From contig DAOOWN010000002.1 of assembly GCA_035371305.1 (NCBI GenBank), forward strand, positions 9,908-73,907: a stretch of DNA of 64,000 bases. The letters are read 5' to 3'. A program made the position numbers and the translations under genes. This stretch comes from Bacteroidales bacterium. GTDB taxonomy: Bacteria > Bacteroidota > Bacteroidia > Bacteroidales > GWA2-32-17. Positions 9,097-19,600 of this stretch are shown in pieces. The notes under the pieces are model-generated. The model made no database searches, had not been told where the DNA came from, and saw nothing but the letters and a program-made list of their open reading frames with translations. Position 1 is the stretch's first letter; the number at the start of each line of letters is the position of its first letter.

Positions 9097-10550
9097 TCAA
9101 AAAAAAGTTTCAGAATGATTTGCTCAATTTTTTCTTTTATCCATTTTGATGATTGTGGGCAATTATTCACAATAATAGTAAAAGCAATGGTATGTTTTTC
9201 TTTCGTTTGAATATAACCGGACAAGCTACGAATATTGGTCATAGTTCCTGTTTTTGCTATAACCTTCCCTTTTGCCTTGGAATTTAAAAACATTTTAGAT
9301 AACGTTCCATTTTCGCCTGCAACAGCCAATGAGTTATAAAATACTTTTTTATAACTGCTTTTTGTGTACATATACTCCAGAACCGAAACAAATTGCTGTG
9401 TACTTACTCCATTAAAACGCGAAAGTCCCGAAGCATCGTAAAGTAGCATCTCGCCGGTTTTATTTTTCCAAAAGCGATTTATAGCTAATGTACCCGATTC
9501 GGTTGTGGTTGACTTATATTGCTCATATCCGCATAAACGTGCAATATTCTCCGCAAACAGATTAATGCTGTATAAATTAGTAAGATTAATAATTTGCGAT
9601 AAGTTGGGCGAATAATGAGTATAAATTAGTTGTTTTTTTTCGGTCGTATCGTTCACATAATTATATTCCATTCTAAAAGCAGGAGCATCGGCTACCGATA
9701 TTCCCTGTTTTTCTAATACCTCTTGAAGAAAATTTGCAGCTAACAATGGAGGGTTAGGAATGCTACCTCTTACTTCAAAACTATCGGACTTTAAAGGGAT
9801 TAATCCAACCACTATTCTAGTAGAATCAAACAAATCACCATAAATAATACTTTGATCGTTCGACACCTTACCACCCTTTAGAAAATTTTTCAGTTCGATA
9901 GGAATATTATCGGGATATATATTTTTTAAAATTGCGGGTGCAATGGTATCAGAAGTTTTAAAATATAAGCTGTATTCATTATTATATATATTAAGTCCAC
10001 AAGGAGAAGCTCCAAAATAATTGGCAACATCTCCCACTATCCAGGTCGAAGTAGGCAGATTATAATCAAAAAATGAAGCATCCCCTATTATTCGTCCCTT
10101 TATATACTTAATCCCCCTATTTTTTAAAATGATGGCTAATGTATCAAATGGGCTATTTTTTTCATAAAATGTTTTAAAAAAACGGCTATAAAGCGTAGGA
10201 TCGCCATAACCTCTAATAATAACATCTCCGTTTAAAATAGAATCGTGAATTTCGCCAGAATAATAAAACTCCGTTTTAAAACGAAACGAAGGCGATAATA
10301 TATGCAAAGCAGCTCCGGTAGTAATTAATTTTACAATAGATGCCGGCGTAAGTTTTAATGATCCATTGTAATCAATCATCAACTTATTATCTGTTAAGTC
10401 TTTGGCGGTAATAGCAACAACAGCACCTTGCCAATTGCTGTCTGTTAATAAAGAGACACTCTTTTTAATGTATATGCTATCTCCTTTAAAAACCTGATTG
10501 TATGAAGATGAAAAGAATAAAACCAACAAAATAGCGAGAAATATCTTCAT
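9093..10550 (-). CDS. dacB: D-alanyl-D-alanine carboxypeptidase/endopeptidase, PBP4 (S13) family
   Basis: Signal peptide, SxxK (PASIVKLIT), KTGT (AKTGTMTN), and a length typical of PBP4. Confidence 0.85.
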   Translation of the reverse strand: MKIFLAILLVLFFSSSYNQVFKGDSIYIKKSVSLLTDSNWQGAVVAITAKDLTDNKLMIDYNGSLKLTPASIVKLITTGAALHILSPSFRFKTEFYYSGEIHDSILNGDVIIRGYGDPTLYSRFFKTFYEKNSPFDTLAIILKNRGIKYIKGRIIGDASFFDYNLPTSTWIVGDVANYFGASPCGLNIYNNEYSLYFKTSDTIAPAILKNIYPDNIPIELKNFLKGGKVSNDQSIIYGDLFDSTRIVVGLIPLKSDSFEVRGSIPNPPLLAANFLQEVLEKQGISVADAPAFRMEYNYVNDTTEKKQLIYTHYSPNLSQIINLTNLYSINLFAENIARLCGYEQYKSTTTESGTLAINRFWKNKTGEMLLYDASGLSRFNGVSTQQFVSVLEYMYTKSSYKKVFYNSLAVAGENGTLSKMFLNSKAKGKVIAKTGTMTNIRSLSGYIQTKEKHTIAFTIIVNNCPQSSKWIKEKIEQIILKLFFE

Positions 10551-10717
10551 CGTTTTTTACGCAAACCTAATCAATTTTTGAAATATTTTTAGCATTTTTT
10601 CTTCATTTATTTGCAGAATTAAAAATTTACTTGTAAACTTGCACATCTTTCTTTCTTAAAGAAAGCTCGTACTTTTTCTAAAACCACAAAATCTATTTTT
10701 TTAATAATCAAAAATTT

Positions 10718-12442
10718 ATGTTTGACGCGACTGAATTACTTTCTAAAAAGCTTGTCGATTTACGAAGCATAGCTAAAAAATTGGGTATAAAATATGTTGA
10801 TGTTCTTAAAAAAGACGAACTTGTTCAAAAAATCATTGAAACTGAGTGGCAATCAGAAAAAAATACCGAAATAGAGCAAAAAACAGAACCAACCCTACAA
10901 CTTTCGTTTGATTTAGTAGATGAACCCGGAGTGGAAGAAATTCAAAATGACAACTCAAAAGAAAGCAAACGTAAACGTAAACGCAAAATTGTTACGGCCG
11001 AACCCATTTTGCCCAAAAATAAAGTTGCTGAACCCAAAATAATTGACGAAGAAATTATTCCAAAATCCTTACAGGAAGGATTTGATGACGACCTACAAAT
11101 CATTACAGAAGTTACAGAAAAAGAACCTGTTAGAGAAGAAATAAATACGGAAATAACTACTGAAACCACATCAGAAAATCCAATTGAAATCGCACCCCCA
11201 AAAAATACTGAAATAACTGCTGAAAGTGAAAAAACGGAATCTGTCGTAAAACAACCGAAACCCTATACTCCTTATTATAAAAATGGCCAAGAAAGAGCTG
11301 CAATAGATAAGAACAACGATTTTGACGGCATTGCTACAACTGTAGGTGTTTTAGAAATAATGCCTGAAAATTATGGCTTTTTACGTTCGCCCGATTATAA
11401 CTACCTTGCATCACCCGACGACGTATATGTTTCGCAATCGCAAATTAAACACATAGGACTTAAAACCGGAGACACTATAAAAGGCACCGTTAGACCACCG
11501 CGTGAAGGTGAAAAGTACTTTCCACTTGTAAAAATAGAAGAAATAAATGGTTTACCACCTGAACTAATTCGCGAACGAGTACCCTTTGATCATTTAACAC
11601 CTCTTTTCCCAAACGAAAAATTCAATATTGCCGAAGGACCAAAAGCAACCATTTCTACACGCATCGTTGATATGTTTGCTCCTATTGGCAAGGGACAACG
11701 CGGATTAATAGTAGCACAACCCAAAACCGGTAAAACTATTTTACTAAAAGAAATTGCCAATGCCATAGCATACAACCATCCGGAAGTATATTTAATGATT
11801 TTGCTTGTGGATGAACGCCCCGAAGAAGTTACCGATATGGCTCGAAGCGTAAATGCAGAAGTTATTAGCTCAACCTTCGATGAACCTGCCGAACGACATG
11901 TAAAAATTGCCAATATTGTTTTGGAAAGAGCAAAAAGAATGGTTGAATGCGGCCATGATGTTGTTATTCTTCTTGATTCTATTACACGTTTAGCACGTGC
12001 ATATAATACAGTAGCCCCTGCTTCAGGTAAAATACTAACCGGAGGTGTCGATTCAAATGCATTGCATAAGCCAAAACGTTTCTTCGGCTCAGCCCGAAAC
12101 ATCGAAAATGGAGGCTCTTTAACCATTATAGCTACTGCTTTAACTGAAACCGGTTCAAAAATGGATGAAGTAATTTTCGAAGAATTTAAAGGAACCGGCA
12201 ATATGGAATTACAATTAGATCGTAAACTATCTAATAAGCGAATTTTCCCTGCTGTTGATATTTTAGCTTCGAGTACACGACGCGAAGAGCTTTTGCACCA
12301 CAGCGAAGTACTGAACAGAATATGGATTCTGAGAAATTATCTTTCTGATATGACTCCCGTTGAAGCAATGGAATTCTTTAAAGACCGTCTGGCAAAAACT
12401 CAGAGCAACGAAGAATTTCTATTAACGATGAGCAGCGACTAA
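10718..12442 (+). CDS. rho: Transcription termination factor Rho with a long N-terminal insertion
   Basis: N-terminal helix [16 protein letters not shown]-like [14 protein letters not shown], Walker [32 protein letters not shown]-terminal [13 protein letters not shown]. 574 aa. Confidence 0.95.
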   Translation: MFDATELLSKKLVDLRSIAKKLGIKYVDVLKKDELVQKIIETEWQSEKNTEIEQKTEPTLQLSFDLVDEPGVEEIQNDNSKESKRKRKRKIVTAEPILPKNKVAEPKIIDEEIIPKSLQEGFDDDLQIITEVTEKEPVREEINTEITTETTSENPIEIAPPKNTEITAESEKTESVVKQPKPYTPYYKNGQERAAIDKNNDFDGIATTVGVLEIMPENYGFLRSPDYNYLASPDDVYVSQSQIKHIGLKTGDTIKGTVRPPREGEKYFPLVKIEEINGLPPELIRERVPFDHLTPLFPNEKFNIAEGPKATISTRIVDMFAPIGKGQRGLIVAQPKTGKTILLKEIANAIAYNHPEVYLMILLVDERPEEVTDMARSVNAEVISSTFDEPAERHVKIANIVLERAKRMVECGHDVVILLDSITRLARAYNTVAPASGKILTGGVDSNALHKPKRFFGSARNIENGGSLTIIATALTETGSKMDEVIFEEFKGTGNMELQLDRKLSNKRIFPAVDILASSTRREELLHHSEVLNRIWILRNYLSDMTPVEAMEFFKDRLAKTQSNEEFLLTMSSD

Positions 12443-12481
12443 AATTGGTTTTTAAACATATTTTATTTTATTTGATTGTTC

Positions 12482-12489
12482 TATTTTTG
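12482..12489 (+). promoter_or_regulatory. -7 promoter box TATTTTTG upstream of nifJ
   Basis: Exact TAnnTTTG match 49 nt upstream of the ATG at 12538. Confidence 0.35.
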
Positions 12490-12537
12490 AACTTGGATAA
12501 AAATAAAAGTTAACTAACTCATTAAAAATATATTACA

Positions 12538-15500
12538 ATGGCAAAAGAAAAAAAATTTATGACATGCGACGGCAATCATGCTGCTGCTCATGTTGCATAC
12601 ATGTTTAGTGAAATGGCATGTATTTATCCTATTACTCCCTCTTCAAACATGGCTGAAAATGTGGATGAGTGGGCTGCACAAGGGAGAAAAAATATTTTTG
12701 GCGAAACCGTACGCGTTGTCGAAATGCAATCTGAAGCCGGTGCTTCGGGAGCAGTTCATGGAGCCCTACAAGCCGGAACATTATGTTCTACATATACTGC
12801 ATCACAAGGTTTGCTACTGATGATACCTAATATGTATAAGATTTCGGGTGAATTACTTCCCGGAGTATTTCATGTTAGTGCACGTAGTTTAGCAGCTCAA
12901 GCCTTATCTATTTTTGGTGACCATAGCGATGTTATGGCAACAAGAAACACAGGCTTTGCCTTATTAGCAACAGCATCTGTTCAGGAAATTATGGATATTG
13001 CTCCGATTGCACACTTAGCAGCAATTAAATCAAGAGTTCCATTCTTACATTTTTTCGACGGATTTAGAACTTCACACGAAATCCAAAAAATAGAATACTT
13101 AGAAAACGAGGACATTATCAATTTAGTTGATAAGGATGCATTACAAGCTTTCCGCAATAGAGCTTTAAACCCAAACCATCCGGTTACTCGCGGTACAGCA
13201 CAAAATCCTGATATTTATTTCCAATCTCGCGAAGCTGCAAACCGTTTCTATGATGCCGTTCCCGATATAGTTGAACATTACATGCAGGAAATGGCAAAAA
13301 TTACGGGACGCGAATATCATCCATTCGATTATTATGGACATCCCGAAGCTGAACATATCGTTGTAGCAATGGGTTCAATTACTGACACATTAAAAGAAGT
13401 TATTGACTATAAATTAAAACGTGATGAAAAAGTTGGTTTAATATGCGTTCATTTATATCGTCCATTCTCCAAAAAATATTTCATGAACGTTTTACCAAAA
13501 ACCGTAAAACGCATTGCTGTTCTTGACAGGACGAAAGAACCCGGATCTATTGGTGAACCATTGTATCTCGATGTTGTAAAAGTATTTTACGAAGAAACCA
13601 ATAAGCCTTTAATCATAGGTGGACGCTACGGTTTAAGCTCAAAAGACACCACTCCCGGCATGATGTTTTCGGTATTTGATAATTTAGCATTAAACGAACC
13701 AAAAAATCATTTTACAGTTGGTATAGTTGATGATGTAACATTCACCTCACTTCCGGTGAGAGACATTCAATGCCTTTGCGAAGGTGGAGTTTACGAAGCT
13801 AAATTCTATGGTATAGGCAGCGATGGTACGGTTGGTGCAAATAAAAATTCAATCAAAATTATTGGTGAAAATACCAATAAATACGTTCAAGCATATTTTG
13901 CTTACGACAGTAAAAAATCGGGTGGCGTTACCATATCACACTTACGTTTTAGCGACAATGTTTTACGTTCGCCTTATTTGGTTTGCAATCCTGATTTTGT
14001 CGCCTGCCACGTTCCTGCATATTTAGATAAATACGATATGCTTAAAGGACTAAAACGTAACGGAACCTTCTTATTAAACAGTATTTGGGATGCAGAAGAA
14101 ACAAAGAAACATTTACCCGATTCCATTAAAAAATTCTTAGCCGAAAACGAAATCAAATTCTACATCATTAATGCATCACAAATTGCTGATGAAATAGGCT
14201 TACCCGGCAGAACAAACACTATCATGCAATCGGCTTTCTTTAAGGTTGCAGAAGTGATACCTTACGATTTAGCTGTAAAAGCAATGAAAAAAGCCATCGA
14301 AAAAACATATGGCAAAAAAGGAGAAAAAGTTGTTCAATTAAACTACGCTGCAGTTGATGCCGGAAATCAAGTTACTAAAGTTGAAATTCCTCAAGAATGG
14401 AAAAATATAGTAGTTAAAAATGAACAAAACGATTCACATTTACCCGATTTTATTAAAAATGTTGTAAACCCAATTAATGCTCTCAAAGGAGACGATTTAC
14501 CTGTTAGTGCATTTTTAGATAGAGAAGATGGCACATTCCCTGCCGGAACAACCAAATACGAAAAACGCGGTGTTGCTATCAACGTACCAAAATGGGTATC
14601 AGAAAACTGTATCCAATGTAACCAATGTTCATTTGTATGTCCTCACGCTGCTATTCGTCCTTTCTTATTAAATGAAGAAGAACTTAAAAATGCTCCGGAA
14701 GGAACCGTTACCGTTAAAGCAAACGGAAAAGATTATGCTGGCTTAAATTTCAGAATACAAGTAAGCGTTTTAGATTGTACTGGTTGTGGTAATTGCGTAG
14801 ATGTTTGTCCTGCTAAAACCAAAGCATTAGAATTTGCAACACTCGAAAGTCAACATGCTGAAATTAAACGTTGGGAATACCTGGCAGAAAATGTAACCTA
14901 TAAAACAATTGTTGACCCATCATCAACCGTGAAAGCCAGCCAGTTTGCTCAACCATTATTTGAGTTTTCGGGTGCATGCCAAGGCTGTGGCGAAACACCT
15001 TATATTAAGCTTATAACTCAACTTTATGGTGATAGAATGATAGTAGCCAATGCCACAGGCTGTAGCTCTATTTACGGTGGATCTGCCCCTTCAACTCCTT
15101 ATTGTGCAAACAAAGAAGGAAAAGGTGTTGCCTGGGCTAACAGCTTATTCGAAGACAATGCTGAGTATGGTTTAGGTATTGCATCGGGCGTTAAGAAAAT
15201 ACGCGAACGCATACTTCGTTATTCACAACAATTACTCAATGAAGGTATTGCACAACAAACAAAAGAAGCGTTGCAACAATGGATAGACAACTTTAATAAT
15301 GGTTCAAAAACCAAAGAAGTTTCGGCAAATGCTATCGAAATGCTGAAAAAAGAAAACCACCCGCTCTGCAAAGAATTACTCGCTCTTGAACAATATTTTA
15401 TTAAACCCAGTATGTGGATAATTGGTGGCGATGGTTGGGCTTATGATATTGGTTACGGTGGTTTAGACCATGTATTAGCTTCGGGCGAAGATGTTAATAT

Positions 15501-16077
15501 CTTAGTACTCGATACTGAAGTTTATTCCAACACAGGTGGTCAAGCTTCAAAATCATCTCCTTTAGCTGCTGTTGCTAAATTTGCTGCATCGGGTAAGCGT
15601 ATTCGTAAAAAAGACCTTGGTTTAATGGCTACTACATACGGATATGTATACGTAGCTCAAGTTTCTATGGGTGCAAGTCAATCGCAATACCTTAAAGCCA
15701 TTCGCGAAGCCGAAGCATACCATGGACCTTCTATCATTATCGCTTATGCACCATGTATCAATCATGGATTACACAATGGAATGGGAAAATCGCAAGAAGA
15801 AGCCAAATTAGCCGTTGAATGTGGTTATTGGACTCTATATCGCTACAACCCGGAACTTGAAAAACAAGGTCAAAATCCATTTGTAATTGACAGCAAAGAA
15901 CCTGATTGGGGCAAATTCCAGAACTACCTAAATAGCGAAGTTCGATTCACATCTCTTAAGAAATCTTTCCCACAGGATGCAGAAATCCTATTTAAAGAAG
16001 CCGAAGAAAATGCAAAATGGCGTTACAATCAATATCGCAGATTTGCAATGCCATTTGTAGCTGAAAAAACAGTTTAA
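12538..16077 (+). CDS. nifJ: Pyruvate:ferredoxin (flavodoxin) oxidoreductase
   Basis: 1179-aa single-chain PFOR. Two ferredoxin-type clusters (CIQCNQCSFVCPHAAIRP, CTGCGNCVDVCP) and TPP motif GGDGWAYDIGYGGLDHV. Confidence 0.95.
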   Translation: MAKEKKFMTCDGNHAAAHVAYMFSEMACIYPITPSSNMAENVDEWAAQGRKNIFGETVRVVEMQSEAGASGAVHGALQAGTLCSTYTASQGLLLMIPNMYKISGELLPGVFHVSARSLAAQALSIFGDHSDVMATRNTGFALLATASVQEIMDIAPIAHLAAIKSRVPFLHFFDGFRTSHEIQKIEYLENEDIINLVDKDALQAFRNRALNPNHPVTRGTAQNPDIYFQSREAANRFYDAVPDIVEHYMQEMAKITGREYHPFDYYGHPEAEHIVVAMGSITDTLKEVIDYKLKRDEKVGLICVHLYRPFSKKYFMNVLPKTVKRIAVLDRTKEPGSIGEPLYLDVVKVFYEETNKPLIIGGRYGLSSKDTTPGMMFSVFDNLALNEPKNHFTVGIVDDVTFTSLPVRDIQCLCEGGVYEAKFYGIGSDGTVGANKNSIKIIGENTNKYVQAYFAYDSKKSGGVTISHLRFSDNVLRSPYLVCNPDFVACHVPAYLDKYDMLKGLKRNGTFLLNSIWDAEETKKHLPDSIKKFLAENEIKFYIINASQIADEIGLPGRTNTIMQSAFFKVAEVIPYDLAVKAMKKAIEKTYGKKGEKVVQLNYAAVDAGNQVTKVEIPQEWKNIVVKNEQNDSHLPDFIKNVVNPINALKGDDLPVSAFLDREDGTFPAGTTKYEKRGVAINVPKWVSENCIQCNQCSFVCPHAAIRPFLLNEEELKNAPEGTVTVKANGKDYAGLNFRIQVSVLDCTGCGNCVDVCPAKTKALEFATLESQHAEIKRWEYLAENVTYKTIVDPSSTVKASQFAQPLFEFSGACQGCGETPYIKLITQLYGDRMIVANATGCSSIYGGSAPSTPYCANKEGKGVAWANSLFEDNAEYGLGIASGVKKIRERILRYSQQLLNEGIAQQTKEALQQWIDNFNNGSKTKEVSANAIEMLKKENHPLCKELLALEQYFIKPSMWIIGGDGWAYDIGYGGLDHVLASGEDVNILVLDTEVYSNTGGQASKSSPLAAVAKFAASGKRIRKKDLGLMATTYGYVYVAQVSMGASQSQYLKAIREAEAYHGPSIIIAYAPCINHGLHNGMGKSQEEAKLAVECGYWTLYRYNPELEKQGQNPFVIDSKEPDWGKFQNYLNSEVRFTSLKKSFPQDAEILFKEAEENAKWRYNQYRRFAMPFVAEKTV

Positions 16078-16094
16078 AAAACTTGATAACATCA

Positions 16095-16126
16095 TAAAAA
16101 AAGCCGGCAATTGCCGGTTTTTTTTA
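16095..16126 (+). terminator. Rho-independent terminator after nifJ
   Basis: AAAAAAAGCCGGCAATTGCCGGTTTTTTTT: GC stem followed by a T-run. Confidence 0.75.
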
Positions 16127-16260
16127 TATAAATATAAAATAAACATTTTTTTACTATCACATATATTAACTAATATTCAATGCATTAGAAAAATTTACAT
16201 TTCATTTTTTTAACTATCAAACAATCTGGTAAATTATTTAATATAAATATGCTTGACTTT

Positions 16261-16296
16261 TAGCAAATTTTGCTATATTTTTGCTAAAATTTTTAG
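16261..16296 (+). promoter_or_regulatory. -7 box TATTTTTG (16276-16283) flanked by two palindromes and a TTTTGCTA direct repeat
   Basis: TAGCAAA-T-TTTGCTA (16261-16275); CTAAAA-T-TTTTAG (16284-16296); TTTTGCTA at 16268 and 16279 (11-nt period). Confidence 0.4.
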
Positions 16297-16298
16297 TT

Positions 16299-16646
16299 AT
16301 GAAATATTTAGTATTCATTTGGTTAGTATTTTCTTTATCAACAGTATTTGCACAAGAAAAAGGTTCTCGTTTTATACAAGTAAAATACACTTATTTAATC
16401 GAACAAGTGCAATCTGAAAATCAATTAATACATCTCGAATCTGATTTAAAACAAATAAAAGGGGTAGATCAGGTGAAATATCAATACAAACCTGAAAAGC
16501 AAACAGCTCAATTTATTATCTATACCACTCAACAGGTTCGTCAATCGGAAGGTGATGAAGAATTCAACATTACTTCGTTAAAATCGGCCATTATAAAAAA
16601 CGACCTGATTCCAAATGAGCTAAAAGAAGAAATTGTAGAACAGTAA
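16299..16646 (+). CDS. Small secreted hypothetical protein, first gene of the adhesin operon
   Basis: Signal peptide MKYLVFIWLVFSLSTVFAQ. ATG at 16299 preferred because the listed TTG (16281) lies in the -7 box. There is a 10-nt gap to the next gene. Confidence 0.5.
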   Translation: MKYLVFIWLVFSLSTVFAQEKGSRFIQVKYTYLIEQVQSENQLIHLESDLKQIKGVDQVKYQYKPEKQTAQFIIYTTQQVRQSEGDEEFNITSLKSAIIKNDLIPNELKEEIVEQ

Positions 16647-16656
16647 AAGAAAAACT

Positions 16657-19600
16657 ATGATAAAATTTAAAAATATACTTGCTATAGCAAGTATTGTATT
16701 ATTATCGTCAAAAGTTTATAGTCAAGGAGACAATTGCTCTAATGCTACAACCATTACCGTAACAGCTAACTGCTCAAGCCCGGTAGCCGGAACTTCTGCC
16801 GGAGCAACACAATCGTTTGCAGGTTGCGTAGGAACTGCCGATGATGATGTTTGGTATAAGTTTACCGCAACAGCAACAAGCCATGTAATTACCGCAACTC
16901 CTTCGGCAAGTTACGACCCTGTTGTTGAATTATTTTCCGGCACTTGCAGTTCATTAACATCACTTTATTGCCGTGACAATGGCATGACCGGTGATGCTGA
17001 AACCATATATGCAACCGGCTTAACCATTGGAAACACCTATTATATTAGGGTTTATCATTATTATACCGGCTCCGGTTCCAATACTTTTACCATTTGCGTT
17101 ACTTCTCCGCCATCAGCTCCCGCAAATGACAACTGCTCTTCTGCAAGTACATTGGTAGTTAATACATCGTGCTCATTCACCAATGGAACTTCATACGGAG
17201 CAACAGCCTCTTCAGTTCCCGCGTGTGCAGGTTCACCCGACGATGATGTTTGGTATAAATTCACTGCAACCAACTCCGTTCAAACAATTACAGTAGATCC
17301 ATCTACCAACATGGACCCTGTAGTAGAACTGTTCTCCGGAACATGTTCGTCGCTCAGCTCCCTTTATTGTCAAGATGCAGGCTATACAGACGGAAATGAG
17401 GTTATTAACGCTGTTGGTTTAATACCCGGTCAAACCTACTATATTCGCGTTTACGATTACTACAATTCAAATGGAGGATATCCATTTCAAATATGTGTAA
17501 CCGGAACTGCGACTGCCACTCCGGTAAATGATGAGTGTGCAACTGCTATCGAATTACCGGAAGTTACATCGGAATGCAACTATTACTATTTTACCACTAC
17601 CGGAGCGACAAATTCTACTACAACTCCCCTTCCTACCAATTGCGAAAATTTCGATGGCACACCGAACGCTGGAGGATTTTCTACCAGTTCAAAAGATGTT
17701 TGGTTTAAAATAAAAGTTCCTGCAAATGGGAAATTAAGTATCCGTCCCATGCCTGCTTATGGAATAAATGATGCTGCTATGGTTTTATATTCCGGTTCAT
17801 GTGGTTCCTTAACGCAAATTGCTTGTTCCGATGACCACAATTATCCCGGAACTGCCAACGATATGAAACCATACATCAATGTTTCGGGCTTAACACCGGG
17901 TTCGTACGTTTATTTAAGATATTGGGGATTTGGAAGTACTTCCGGCGATTTTGCCATTTGTGTAGAATCACCAACAAATGATGCTTGCTCCAATTCTCTG
18001 CAAATTTGTGATATTAATGGTTATGCAGGTTCAACCAGTTCCGCATACACAGCCGACAGACCCGGAAATATGAGAGGGAATGCCGAAGTCAATGACCCAC
18101 CAACCTATACGTATACTCCCGGCACTTGTCAACCGGGTGGCATATTCGGATTAGGTGGTTCGTGGGGAACCGGAGCTCCCAACTGCGATGTACAAATCAA
18201 CAATAACTCATGGATTAAATTTACGGCTTCCAACACCAGTGTAACGTTAAATGTAAATATTAGCAACTGTTGGGTTGGAAGTTATCCCTCAGGTGGCATA
18301 CAAATGCAAATTTTCTCGGGCAACTCATGTTCCAACTTTGCACCTGTCAGCGACTTTAAAGAAGGGTCAAGTACATTTTCCATTACTGCCAATAATTTAA
18401 CAGTAGGTCAAGAATATTATTTAATGATTGACGGATTTGCCGGAGATATTTGCGATTATAGTATTACTGCTAACACCGGTGTTCAATTTACTGACATTAG
18501 TGCCACAAGCACTTCTATTTGTCCCGGTCAAAGCGTTACTTTGACTGCTCCATCGGGTGCAACAAGTTATTTGTGGAGTCCAGGAGGACAAACGACACAA
18601 AGCATAACCGTAAGCCCAGCTACATCGTTTACATATTCGTGCGAAGTATCGGGAGTTTGTAATTTCAAGCAAACGCTGTATAAAACAGTTGTCGTAAATC
18701 CGCTCCCGACAATATCTACTTCAAATAACAGCCCTTTATGCCAAGGGAGCACTCTTAATTTAACTTCTTCGGGCGGTAGCACATACCAATGGTCAGGACC
18801 TAATGGCTTTACGAGCACACAGCAAAATCCAAGCATAACAAATGTAACAACTGCATATACCGGAACTTATAATGTTACAGTTACTTCTTCGGCAGGATGC
18901 TCAAGCACTGCAACAACCAATGTAACAGTAAATGCAGCACCTGCTTCGCCCACCGTTTCAGCAACATCAACCACAATTTGTAATGGTCAATCCACTACCA
19001 TTAATGCCTCCGGCAGCGGCGCTTCTTTATTCCAAGTTTATAATAGCTCAAGCGGTGGCACGTTATTGGGAATCATACCATTAAATGTTAGTCCAACCAC
19101 TACAACAACCTATTATGTTCAGGCTGTAAGCAGTAGTGGATGTGTTAATTTAGGAGGCAGGGTTCCTGTTACCATTACCGTTAACCCCTTACCAACTCCA
19201 AGCATTAGTAGCAACAGCGGAATTTGTGCCGGCCAAACCTTACAACTCAATGCATCAGGAGGAACTGCATTTCAATGGTCAGGACCCAATGGATTTACAA
19301 GCACACAGCAAAATCCAAGCATCCCTTCGGCAACAACAGCAGCAACAGGCACCTATACGGTAACTGTTACCAATTCGTACAACTGTTCTGCTGTAACATC
19401 CACCTATGCAACAGTAAACACCCTTCCAAATGCTACAGCAAGCAGTAATAGTGCAATTTGCTCAGGACAAACATTAAATCTTTATGCCAATGGAGGAACA
19501 ACTTATACTTGGTCAGGGCCAGGAGGTTACAACAGCACAAACCAAAATCCGGTTATTACCAATGCAACAACTTCGTATTCTGGCACTTATTACGTTACAG

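Noticed and set aside
11590-12201. 203-aa ORF antisense to the Rho ATPase domain, unusually long for an AT-rich genome
   Set aside because: It lies entirely inside a highly conserved gene on the opposite strand. Its translation is low-complexity (S/A/I/F-rich) with no motifs, and it has no independent promoter box or start context. It is most likely a shadow ORF caused by codon periodicity.
12538-16077. nifJ plus the NifX-like gene as evidence of nitrogen fixation
   Set aside because: No nifH/D/K/E/N/B genes are in the window. nifJ-type PFOR is general anaerobic central metabolism, and the NifX fold is widespread outside diazotrophs.
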